From positions 59,336,001 through 59,400,000 of the forward strand of contig NC_087436.1 in NCBI RefSeq assembly GCF_036321535.1: DNA of 64,000 bases, read 5' to 3'. Both the position numbers and the translations under genes were made by a program. Of this stretch, positions 14,205 to 25,725 are shown piece after piece (position 1 is the first letter of the stretch; each line of letters opens with the position of its first letter). This DNA is from Camelus dromedarius. Lineage: Eukaryota. The notes under the pieces were generated by a model, which was given only the letters and a program-made list of their open reading frames with translations, was not told the DNA's origin and did not search any database.

Positions 14205-14653
14205 ATTATGCTAAACCACATCAAACTAAAAAGCTACTGCACAGAAAAGAGAACCATCAACAAAATGAAAAAACAGTCTATGGAGTGGCAGAAAATATTT
14301 GCAAGTCATATATCTGATAAGGGACTAATATCTAAAATACATAAAGAACTCATAACTCAATAGCAAAAGAGACAAATTTCTAGTTCAAAAATAAACAAGT
14401 CATGGGGATGTAATGTATAGCATGGTGACTATAGTTAATAACACTGGTTTGCATATTTGAAAGTTGATAAGAGATTAGTATTAAAAGTTTGCATCACAAG
14501 GAGAAAAGCATTCTGTAACTATGTGTGGTGAGAGATGTTAACTAGACTTATTGTGGTGATCATTTTGCAATATATACAAATATGAAATCATTATGTTGTA
14601 CATGAACTGATACAATGTTGTATGTCAACATTATGTTTTATACTTCAAAAAAA
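14205..14653 (+). mobile_element. L1 fragment: ORF2 piece fused directly to an L1MA9-like 3'UTR end
   Basis: CACATCAAACTAAAAAGCTACTGCACAG...GAAAATATTTGCAAGTCATATATCTGATAAGGG (ORF2), then from about 14376 AATAAACAAGTCATGGGGATGTAATGTATAGCATGGTGACTATAG...TACTTCAAAAAAA (3'UTR). Confidence 0.85.
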
Positions 14654-14721
14654 TCTGTACTTTTACCTTTCATATTTTTGACTTATGATTGCCTCATTTT
14701 AGAAGGGTATTATACATTTCC

Positions 14722-14835
14722 CTGGAGACAAACTGCATGAGCTCAAATGCTAACTCCATAAATAGTTGGCTGTGTGGCCTTAGGTAAGTTACTTGACCTC
14801 TCTGTTCCTCAATTTCTTCACATGGAAAAATGGAC
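14722..14835 (+). mobile_element. MIR SINE core
   Basis: GCTGTGTGGCCTTAGGTAAGTTACTTGACCTCTCTGTTCCTCAATTTCTTCA is the MIR core. Confidence 0.85.
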
Positions 14836-14865
14836 AATATACTGGGAATTATACAAACTCAGTAC

Positions 14866-15169
14866 TGTTCTTTATAGAAGTAGAAATAACCACATAAATA
14901 ACCACATCTAGCTCAGTGGCTCTGCTAGAAGAAGGGAAAAAGACCTCTGTTCTTTCCTCACAAGGACTCAGCCAATGAAAAGCTAGACTCCTTGTTTACT
15001 ATCACCCTCCCGACTTCCTTTTCCTTTCTATCAAAGTGTTCTTCCCTTGCTCTGCAGGGAATTACATGTGGCTCATCAAGATTGTAGACCCCAAATTACA
15101 ATTCTCTGCTGATCCCAAATAAACCTGATGTTGCTGGAGAAATAACTGGCCGTCTATTTCAGGTCAACA
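14866..15169 (+). mobile_element. ERV1 LTR 3' portion (MER34-like)
   Basis: CTCAGCCAATGAAAAG...AATTCTCTGCTGATCCCAAATAAAC...GCTGGAGAAATAACTGGC...AGGTCAACA terminus. Confidence 0.75.
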
Positions 15170-15181
15170 TTAGTAATTATA

Positions 15182-15360
15182 CATATCTATCTATCTATCT
15201 ATATATCATTATACACTTTAGTATATAATTATATGTAATTTATAGTTAATAAATATAATGTATATATAATATCTATAATTTATAAAAATATAACACATAT
15301 ATAAAACAAATGTATATAATATACATTTTTATTATATAATTATTTTCAAATATATAATTT
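15182..15360. repeat. (ATCT)n plus AT-rich low-complexity tract
   Basis: Direct reading. Confidence 0.85.
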
Positions 15361-16527
15361 GAAAGAATTAGATTAGTTTTTGCATATTCTGTTGTGTTTT
15401 TTTTTGCTACATCAGAGAAAAAGTAGAATTGAATCAGAGCAACTGAACATGGAGGTTCAGAAGCAAAACTACTTCATTTTACTGTCTATAGTGATATCTG
15501 ACACAACTCAATTTTATTTTGGACTATTTACAGATAGCTTAATGGTCAAAATAACATGCCTCAATTCCAAATTTGGAATAGCAATTTGTTTGTTTATTTA
15601 CTTATTTATTTTTTAAATAGTGATTTCTTTAGTTTCTCTCCTTATTTAGAAATTAAGCATATAGATAGTTATAATAAATAAATTGATTGTTAACCATGTG
15701 GCCACTAATGTCACAAATAAAGTATATATAATTCACTAATAGTTTACTTTTAGTCTCATATTAAAGTCCAGGCACTTTAATTACAGAGTAAATTTATATT
15801 GTAGTGATACAGTATGTTAAAGATTTACTTTGTAGGAAATGTTAAAGCAGAAAACAATACATAGATCTATCATTTCCTACTTTTATATTCCCTTAATGTA
15901 TTTCATTCAAAATTCTGTTAAATTCTTCAACTTATGAAGTCAAAAATCGAATCTTACTCACTTATGTTAAAGTGCTCATTATACTAAGTTATAAAATTTA
16001 AAATACTGAATAAATGAATCAAAGGTAGAAATGTAAACAAAAATTTGCATTCTCTTTTATAAGTTGTATTTGTGAAAAAACTTACAATTTGTAAAAAATA
16101 AAAGAGTCATTTCCATCACTTTTCAAGCACCTCAATTATCCTCTCTTTTTAAAGAGTGCCCAAATGCTCCAGACATATGAGCTGACCCTCTGTTTGACTG
16201 TAATCTCCAGTCCATTTAGGTTTCTAATTTGTAGCTCAACAGGTAGGATAATAATTCTAATTTACTTATCTTCCACACCCTCTAGACCAGGTGATCTCCC
16301 AGGTGCAGTGACAAATATCTCATAACCAAACAAATGAGATAATGACAGTAAATTTGATCAATACAGATTCTAATTGCTTAAAAAAATTGAAATGCAATAG
16401 GAAGGAAATGGCTATTTCTGTATCCCCATCAGATAAGGATTTTCAAAACTGTAATTATTCTTTGTTTTTCATTCTTCTATCTATTCATTCTATATATTAA
16501 CTATGGCCACTTGGATAGACTAATTTG

Positions 16528-16856
16528 TTTATTTTTATCTTTTAAATTGAACTATAGTCAGTTTACAATATTTTGTCAATTTCTGGTGTAAAGCATAATG
16601 TCTGTCATGCATATACATACATCTATTCGTTTCCATATTCTTTTTCATTATAGGTTAGTATATGATATCAAATAGTTTCCTGTGCTATACAGAAGAAACT
16701 TGTTGTATATCTATTTTATATATAGTAGTTAGTATTTGCAAATCTCGAACTCCTAATGTATCCCTTTCTACCCCCTTCCCTCCCAGAAGCCGTAAGTTTA
16801 TTTTCTATGACTGTGAGTCTATTTCTGTTTTGTAAGTAAGTTCATTTGTGTCTTTT
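16528..16856 (-). mobile_element. 5'-truncated artiodactyl-type L1 3'UTR with TSD
   Basis: T-rich tail on the left, then TTGAACTATAGTCAGTTTACAAT...TTTCCTGTGCTATACAG. TSD TAGACTAATTTG (16516-16527) / TAGACTGATTTG (16857-16868). Confidence 0.9.
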
Positions 16857-17409
16857 TAGACTGATTTGGTTTTAATCAATAAAAGAAACCCTGAAAAGCC
16901 CTAAGAATTAATTATAGAAAAGTCTTTGATTGAACGCATACTACCATCCAAATCTAAAGCTAAGAATCACCATGCTATGTGGAGAAAGAAGATGTAGCGG
17001 GCCAGAGAAAGAGGTAAGTAAAAGGGCAGGAGTATGAAGGACAGGAGATGAACAGAAATGTGAAGGAAAATGGAAAGTGGAATTATTTATCTTACATTGG
17101 TAAATATAAGGAAAAGTTAGATTTTGACTCCCAGTTTCCTATATCTGCTTTCTTCCTTATCCTGCCCATTGCTACTCCTACACCTCCTCTTTCTACATAC
17201 AGTCTAGTCTCAGAATCAGTTACCCTTCCAGCTCTGAAGCTGTGTAAGTTCAAACCTCCTGATTTCAAATGAAGGCTTTGAGGAACTACTTCCGTATTTC
17301 ATTTTTTAAAAACCATGTTGTTATGCAAATACTTTGAGTGTGTTGTATTTACAGACATAGATCTTCATTTACTTACTATAAAGTTACTAGGTTAAAGTTT
17401 CTGTTTTGT

Positions 17410-17542
17410 TTTTTAATTATTTTTTTTTCAGTGGGGGGAGATAATTAGGTTTATTTATTTATTGAGGAAATACTGGAGATTGAACCCAGGACCTTGTGTA
17501 TGCTAAGCATGTGTTCTACCACTTGAGCTATACCCTCCCCCC
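17410..17542 (-). mobile_element. vic-1-type camelid tRNA-derived SINE
   Basis: Reverse complement reads GGGGAGGGTATAGCTCAAGTGGTAGAACACATGCTTAGCATACACAAGGTCCTGGGTTCAATCTCCAGTATTTCCTCAATAAATAAATAAACCTAATTATCTCCCCCCAC plus an A-rich tail. Has Pol III A box (TAGCTCAAGTGG) and B box (GGTTCAATCT). Imperfect AAGTTT..GTTTT flanking duplication. Confidence 0.9.
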
Positions 17543-18576
17543 AAGTTTTTTGTTTTAATTTAATTTTTTTTAATATGAAATATTCTAGTATGAAATACAC
17601 TCAAGTAGCTTTTAAAACAAACAATTTTATCCAATTACCATGATGTATGCAAAAACACAGGCAGGCTGATTCTGCTATGAAACTCAGCACAAAAGAACAG
17701 TCAGGATAACTTTGATGCTCTATCACTTTTGAGCTAGTCTCCCCTAAAATGATGAAAAAAACCCATTATCATCATCAAGAACAACAAAAACCTAGTGATT
17801 TCTCACTGTATGTAATAGTTATGAGTATAAATACATTTTTATAACTGTTAGAAAACTATTTTTTAATAAATAAGTGTTGGTGAATTTCATAAAATATAAA
17901 TGGTATTCTAATATTTCAAAATATTTAATTTTCCAGATTTTTATAATTAAATATTAAAATGTTTTCCTTTAGAAGTAAACACCATATAACCTTTTAGATC
18001 ACATAATACTTTCTAATAATTTTTTATACTCAAAATATTTATAGTATTTTTGGAGTGTGTTTAATAATGGCTAATATTGTATTTATCCCTTTAAAAACTT
18101 AATCCTTCTTTAAAAATTAATTTTCTCTAAATTTTGTCTACCTTTCTGATACAAGAAATTTAAAAGTGCTATTTAATTCTTGTAATAATTAACAGCCACT
18201 GTACTAATTTAATTTTATCATTTTGCTGGTTTCTAAATGATAACTGATAAAGAAAATATGCTTAATTAATGAAGTAATATATGGCAATTTATTTCACTAG
18301 GCAGTTTAAATTATATTTTCTCTCTGTAATTATAATGCAATGATGTTACTTTTTTGGAAATTAAAGAAAGAGCCAGCCATGTCTCATGAGTGTATAAGCA
18401 CCTCAAAATCAAGAAATGTATATTAGTCATCTTTTAAGAGTGTCATTTTGTGCCTAATATGGAATCTGAGCCCTATTTACTGAGTTACGGAGTTGGTGCA
18501 GAACAATGAAAAGCATTTGTACTCCAAAGGGAAAAAAACCAAACAGAATTTAAATTCTGACCCTGCCACTGCACAT

Positions 18577-19042
18577 TGTAGTAGGCTAACTAGTCACCCC
18601 CAAAATATATTTTCAAGTTATAACCCTCAGTTCACTATGTGACCTGATTTGGAAACAGGGTCTTTATAGATGTAATTAAGTTAATGCTCTTGAGATGAGA
18701 TGACATCACTTTAGATTCAGAGTGGCCCTAAATTCAATGTCTTTATAAGAGACAGAAAAGGAGAAGACAGGGGCACACGGAGGGAAGGCTTAGTGAAAAT
18801 GGAGGCAGAGATTGGAGTAAAGAATCCCTAAGCCAAGAAATACCAAGAATTACCAGCAGCCACCAGAAGTGAGGCAGTAGGTTTGGCATGGATTCTCCTT
18901 TGAGTCTCAAGAAGGAACAAACGCTCCTGACATCTTGATTTCAGAATTCTGACCTCCAGAAATGAAAGAGAAAATTATTTTCTGGCATTTTAAGCCACAG
19001 AAATTTGTGATAATTTATTAGGGCAGTCTTAGGAAACTAACA
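18577..19042 (+). mobile_element. MaLR solo LTR (MLT1C-like), full length
   Basis: TGTAGTAGGC...TTTGGAAACAGGGTCTTTATAGATGTAATTAAG...GGAGGCAGAGATTGGAGT...AGGAAACTAACA, with TG...CA ends. Confidence 0.88.
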
Positions 19043-19064
19043 CTAACTTATAGTCACTAAGGGA

Positions 19065-19195
19065 GTTAGATATCTCATTTTAAAATGGGGCTAATACCCA
19101 CTTTTCAGATCTGTTAAGAACATTAAATGAGATAAAATAAATACACCACTTAATATGGTGTCTGATATCTAGCAGTGCTCAGAAACATTGCTTAC
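19065..19195 (+). mobile_element. MIR SINE 3' fragment
   Basis: CTCATTTTAAAATGGGGCTAATAC...ATTAAATGAGATAA...GTGCTCAGAAAC. Confidence 0.7.
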
Positions 19196-20819
19196 TTTAC
19201 TGATAGTCACTCAGGAGCAGTCTCTAACTGAACTTCCCAAAAGAACATCTAAAATATGTTTGTCTTAGCAAGAAACATAATTTAAGATTACATAAACTAA
19301 AATCCATTAAAAGGCAGTTTTCATGTATATTTCTTATATTACTCATAGATTTAGAAAATCACCACAATGAGAAAATTTAATTAAATATAATGAATATTAG
19401 TTATTAAGAAATTACATAGTACTTTTGAATGTCTTGTAATACAGGGAGGTTAGACAATTTTCATCTTCTTCCCTGAACATCTGCCTTCTTGACTCTTCCA
19501 TCATATGGAGTAACGAAAAGATAAGAGAAAGGACTCTAAACTCTTAACTCCTGAACGGCCACAGGAAACTTTTTGTAGCTCATAACTTAAAGAATAATTA
19601 TATTCTCACATTTTTAGAGATTGGAAAGAAATCATGTAATTTTTAAAAGCTTTTAATCTTGACAGCCTCATCCCAATATCTTCTAATTACTTTTAATGTT
19701 TTGCCTCGATTGGCTATTCTACATGAGAGCAAAGAAACACACTCTTTTAAACTGTAAGTCAAAGTTTCACAAAAAAGGCTGACTGTAAATAACATTTTCT
19801 AACTTAAATAATATCCAGCAGAGAACAAAATTTTAAAGAAACAGAGGCTATAAAACTTAGGATTATTCCAAAACACAGATTGAATGGATTTTGACCAGCA
19901 AGTTTTCATAAAAAAATCCCCATGTCTAATGCACATTTATTAATAAAGAATGATTTTTGTTCTTTCCCATGTAAATTGAAACAAAAGCAGTGGCCAATAA
20001 ATTAAAATGATATCATTAATTTCTAACACTAATTGACATTTTGTAGATAAAAATGATACTCTAAGAGAAGATTCTTGATCTAATGTAAGAATTTACTACA
20101 ATCTGTTGCAGAGATTGATTATAAAGATTTCTCAGTCAAATGAGTTCTGTGATTATATTATATCTACCAATTTTCCAAATGCCATAAATCCCACAAAAAC
20201 AGATGTTAAGAAAATAAAGGTCAATTTACATAAGTTCACAACATTATTCTTAATGAGACTCAGCAATACAGCCAGGGTTGTGAGGAGGCGGGTGGTGGTT
20301 AAGAAGGGACACTAGCCAATGTTCTGTGGGGTCTCCCAGGAAACCTTCCTGCAGGACATTTTCAGTCTCCCCAAAATGTACCTTTAGTCTCAGATTTAAA
20401 AACAGATCAATAATTAATTTTTTATAAATAGATTTATCTGAACAAGATTCATGCGAAAGTTGTATAAAATTCAATGTTAATTTATTGGTTTCCAGTTTCA
20501 ATTGCCGCTGCTAAGAAAATTAGATGGTTAAGGCCCCCAGACCCCAGCCTCATATTCTCCCCATAGATGTCCTATGGGAAAGCAGATCACAGATCATAAG
20601 GAAAAGAGTGCCTGTGGAACGTGGAATAATACAGACAAGAAAATGCTTGAGCACTGAGCTAAGTTCACTAATAATGTAAATTTTCACAATAAATTATACC
20701 TACCATAGGGATCAATAATTCAAGTGTTTCTTGGATTGCACGTGAAAGGGTACACAAATGCTTAACTTTTAATAAAAATCAGTGTCTTTTGCCAAAACTA
20801 CTGAACTTATTAAAAAGAA

Positions 20820-21867
20820 AACAATTGGACAGCCTCATGTAAGTCTATGAAATTAGAGTACTCCTTCAGACCTTATACAAAAATAAACACAAAATGGTTT
20901 AAAGACCTCAGTATAAAACATGACACCATAAAACTCCTAGAAGAGAACATAGGCAAAACATTCTCAAATATAAATCATAGCAATATTTTCTTAGATTAGT
21001 CTCCCAGGGCAAAATAAGTTAAAGCAAAAATAAATAAATGGGGCCTAATCAAACTTAAAAGCTTTTGCATAGCAAAGAAGATCATCAACAAAACGAAAAG
21101 ATAACGTACGAAATGGGAGAAAATATTTGCAAACAATGTGACCAACAAGGGTTTAATTTCCAAAATACACAAACAGCATCCTTTAAAATCTAAATATAGA
21201 GCTACCATACGATCCAGCAATCCTACTCCTGGGCATATATCTGGAAAAGACAAAAACTCTAATTTGAAAAAATGCATGCACCCCAATGTCCTTAGCAGCA
21301 CTATTTATAATAGCCAAGACATGGAAGCAACCTAAGTGCTTATCAACAGATGACTGGATAAAGAAAATGTGATGTGTATACACACACACATACACACACT
21401 GGAATATTACTCAGACATAAAAAAGAATGAAACAATGCCATTTGCAGCAACATGGATGGACTTAGGGATGATCATACTAAGTGAAGTAAGTTAGAAAAAG
21501 GCAAATATATAATATCACTTATATGCAGAATCTAAAATATAATAGAAATGAATCTATTTACAAAACAGAAACAGACTCAGAGATGTAGAAAACAAATTTA
21601 TGGCTACCCAAGTGGAAAGGAATGAGGGGAGATAAATTAGGAGTATGGGATTAACATACACAAACTACTATATATAAAATAGATAAGTAACAAGAATTTA
21701 CTGCATAACACAGGGAGCAATAGTCACTATCTTGTAATAACCTAAATGAAAATAATTTGAAAAAAATCATATGTATGTGTGTATATATATGTACGTATGT
21801 ATATATATGTGTACACTTGAAAGTAACACAGAATTGTAAATCAACTATACTTCAATTAAAAAAAAAT
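20820..21867 (+). mobile_element. 5'-truncated L1 (late ORF2 plus 3'UTR plus A tail) with an internal deletion near 21180
   Basis: ORF2-like AAAACTCCTAGAAGAGAACATAGGC, GGGAGAAAATATTTGCAAAC and CCATTTGCAGCAACATGGATGG. 3'UTR ends TCAACTATACTTCAATTAAAAAAAAA. Confidence 0.93.
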
Positions 21868-22229
21868 AGCAATACTTGCTGTTGTGAATTTAGTCTGGCT
21901 TGTAGCAGAGAAACTGACCCTTTCCAACGTTGCAAGGGAATACTTCAACTGCACAACTACTCAATTCCTCACCCTGTGAACTGTGCACAGCTGCTCAAAG
22001 AAGCTGTACTCTGGTCCCCAGCCATGCTCTCCACACGCTGCTCCATCTATCTGGACTTGCTCTTGTTCACATTCTTTACCTGATTAATTTCTGTTCATCC
22101 TTTAAGAGTTACTTGGGTATCATCTCCTAGTTCAATAGAAAGAGAAAAAACCTCCAACAGAATGAGGAGAAAAGATGATACCTTGATAACAATTTTAATG
22201 TAAAGAACCTAGAAAGAAGAAATAGGAAA

Positions 22230-22362
22230 GATGGATTAGAAGCCCAGCTTTGTCACTAAATCTTGTACTTTGGTAAATCAGTTCATCTCTCAAAGATTTA
22301 TCTGTGATATGGATATATTGGAAAAGATAATCTCTAAGACCATTTATAGTTTCATATTGTTA
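22230..22362 (+). mobile_element. Degenerate MIR/MIR3
   Basis: CCCAGCTTTGTCACTAA...AAATCAGTTCATCTCT...GATAATCTCTAAG. Confidence 0.5.
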
Positions 22363-23208
22363 GTCTATGACAATTTCTTATATTCTCCCCCTACTGGGAA
22401 ACTTAACCTATTTGCATCTTTAAGAAAAGTCATAAGAATATAAATTAAATTCACCCTCCAACTCTGTGATATCAACAGGCCACAACTACTAAATCTAAAT
22501 TATATTTACTAACATATTCTTTAATATGTTGCCTTAATCTAGATGTTCATTTAATGTCACTAGTGATCTCATCATGTCTATAAACTTTAATAAAGGCAGT
22601 ATCCAGCACCTTGTGAGCGCTGATAGATATGTATTAATATGTAGAAGAATCATAAAGTAACATATAAACATGTACAGGGAAAAATTTACTCCTTTAATAA
22701 TTGGATGCTAGTTTAATCATGGAAAATTTCCAAAGTTCTAAAAGAGTATTCTGATTATTCCTAATTCCTAAAGATAGTAACCTAATTCATTTACTTTTAG
22801 CTCACCATCTATTTAAAAGAAAATGTGAAAGCAAGATCATAATCCTTTCATTCTGTATTATAGTATTAGCCCACAATATTCTTTGCGTATTAAGTTGAGT
22901 ACTTCAATTTCCAATCTTTAAATGTCGTTGTATTAGAATAATTTTGGTAAGAGAGGACTGTAACAACATGACAATACATACAGTCACTGAGGTACAGAAA
23001 TATGGATTAGTAAATGATTACTGGATTGGATTTTAATAGTATTGGTTCCTGTCTCTCTGTTTCATATTGCATGCACAGTTTCTGCTTCATCATTAACTTT
23101 AAATATTTATTATAAAACTATTGACTTAAAAAACACAAAAAGAAATACCTACAAAATGTCAATTATAGAGGTAGGAGGCATAAGCTATAAAAATATTGTG
23201 AATATGAT

Positions 23209-23548
23209 TGCTATAGACTGAATATTTATATTCCCTAAAAATCCATATGTTGAAACCTAATCTTTAATGAGATGATATTTAGAGGGGAAGCCTTAGGGAG
23301 GCAAAGCCCTGATGACTGGGGTTAGTGCCCTTATAAAAGGCATACCAGAGAGCACCCTCAACTCTACTGCCAGATGAGTACACAGTGATAAACCATTGTG
23401 AACCAGGAAGTGGGCTCTCATCAGACACCAAATTTGCTAGCTCCTTAATCTTGGACTTTCCAGTTTCCAGAATTGTAAGAAATAAACGTTTGTTTAAGCC
23501 ACCCAATCTATGGTATTTTTGGTAGAAAAGCTGGAACAGACTAAGGAG
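23209..23548 (+). mobile_element. MaLR solo LTR (MLT1A-like)
   Basis: TGCTATAGACTGAAT...ATATGTTGAAACCTAA...GTGCCCTTATAAAAG...AAATAAACGTTTGTTTAAGCCACCC...GACTAAG. Confidence 0.88.
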
Positions 23549-23669
23549 ATAATCATTTTGGTAATTCCTTAGTAGTAACAAAATTTAATCTAACTTGAGT
23601 TTCACAAATTTAAAACATGTCATAAATCATATAGGAATATAGAGCAGATATTTCTATATGTAATTTTTA

Positions 23670-25725
23670 AAGGAAAGTTTATTTTTAGTTCCAGTTACTC
23701 CATTTCCAATGCTATATATTTCTTCCTTTAACATTTCTTATGGTGGAAGTATACTGGCAATGATTTTTCTCAGCATTTGTTTTTCTGAAGTCTTTATTTC
23801 ACCTTCATTTTTTTGGAAGGTGAAAAAAAAATTTTAAATAAAATAAATAAATAAACTGACTATAGAATTCTGTGTTGCCAGTTTGCTTTTCCCTTTCAAA
23901 ACTTTAAAGATGTCACTTTATTGTCTCCTAGCTTACAGGGTTCTTGGTGAGAATTCCACTGTAATTGTCATTTATTCCTCTGTATGTAATGTATATTATT
24001 TTCCTTCTTTGGCTACCTTCAGACTTTGTCTTTGATTTTTAAACAGTTTGAATAGGCTATGCCTAGTTAACTTTTTTTTTTGTTGCTGTTGTTGTTTTTA
24101 ATTCTCCTTTGTTTGGTGCTCTTTAAGCTCTTGGATCTCTAATTTGGTGTGTGCCATTAATTATAGAACATTGTGGCCATTGTTTCTCAGTTCTTTCTTC
24201 TATACTGTTCTGTTTTTCCCACTGAGATTTCAAATGCACATGAGTTAGACCACTTGATATTTTTCCACAGCTTTGAATTTTTTTTTTTCCTTCTTGCCAC
24301 TTTTTTTCCTACTGTGTTTCAGTTTGGGTAATTTATATTGACCTATCTTCAACTTCATTGATTTTTTTTTTCCCTTGGCTACGTTGAGTCTATACATAAG
24401 ACCATCACAGACATTCTTCACCTGCTATTGAGATTTTAATATCTAGCATTTCTATTGGATTCATTCTTGTAACTCCATCTCTCTGCTGAAATTGCACACA
24501 CATCTGTCCTTCCATATTGTCAAACTTTTCCATTTAACATACTAATTATGGTTATTTTAATTCCCCTTTCTGATATTTCCAACATTTGCATAATATCTGA
24601 ATCTGATTCTGTTGATTCTTTTGTCAGTAGGCAGTGTGTTGTTTTTTCTTGCTTTTCCATGTGCCTTCAAATTTTTGTTGAAAGCCAGATATATTGCATA
24701 GGACATTAGAGACTTGGGTAAATAAATTTTATGTTTGGAAATGGGCATACCTTTCCTTCTGCTAAGGCTTTAGTATGGACAACTGGGTCAACCAAGTACA
24801 GTTAAACTGAGTTCATTACTGTTGCTATGGTTACCCACAGCCTTCAATTTTCTCTAATGATACTGAGTGCTTAGGGTAGGAACTGGTTTGCCAAGAATTT
24901 TTCTAAACATATGCTCCACCTTTAGTCTCTAGTTTGCACTGGGCCTCAGAGAGGGTTTCTTTCCACACTCCTGTAACATTCCCAGCCACATTCTATTATT
25001 TAACAACTCACTGCTTGTTAGTCTGTGTTAAGGAGAGTGGGGCCTTCTCTGCTCCTCTGATTGAAACTAAATCTTAGGAAGGCACTGTGTCCCAGGGTCT
25101 CACAGATGTGGCCCTCTCAGTATTTGTCACCTCCAGCTATAGTTCTGAGCCCTTCATGTATTCTTGTCCCTGTCCCAGAAATAAAAGATGTTTTTCTGTT
25201 CCCTTCTCCCAGCTGCAATGGGTTTTCACCAGTGTGGTTTGCTTTCCCCCTGTATTTGAAGCTTTTGTTCTGTATGGACAATTGGGAAGAAGCATCTGGG
25301 TGGAGTTTTGTGCTTTTCCTGGAGTAGCTGCAGTTCCCTTCTTTAGACCTTTAGTTCAAGAGACACTTTCTCAGGAATCTTGCCAATGTTTTTATGTGAA
25401 CATCTAATGAAGCCTATAGAGAAGAGCCTATAAGTGGGTATAAATTCTTATGTTTATATTCTCTTGCTAGCGTACATTTACCCCTCACCAATTTGTTGAC
25501 CAGAATTTAACAGGATTCTGTTATCTGATGGTGCCTGCTCCATATGGTCTCTCCTTGCAAGGTGCCTGTCTTTACTTCTATCTTAGGTTGACTGCCCTTG
25601 TGACTTTAGTTCTCTGATGATTCAAGGAAAGTTGTGAATTTCTATTTTCTCCAAGTGATTTATTGTTATTGTAAGGATAGGAACAATGCTCTTTTCAGCT
25701 TTCTACATCCCAAGCTGAAACTATA
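23670..25725 (-). mobile_element. Ancient L1M (L1MC/MD/ME-type) 5'UTR-ORF1 region, degraded
   Basis: T-rich antisense ORF1-like text (GTCTTTATTTCACCTTCATTTTT, CTATAGAATTC, CAGTTTGGGTAATTTATATTGACCTATCTTC, GAAAGCCAGA) followed by a more GC-rich 5'UTR-like part. Confidence 0.75.

Noticed and set aside
17470..17542. Functional tRNA gene
   Set aside because: The acceptor stem is not closed, and the sequence continues into a SINE-specific tail and A-rich end. It is a SINE.
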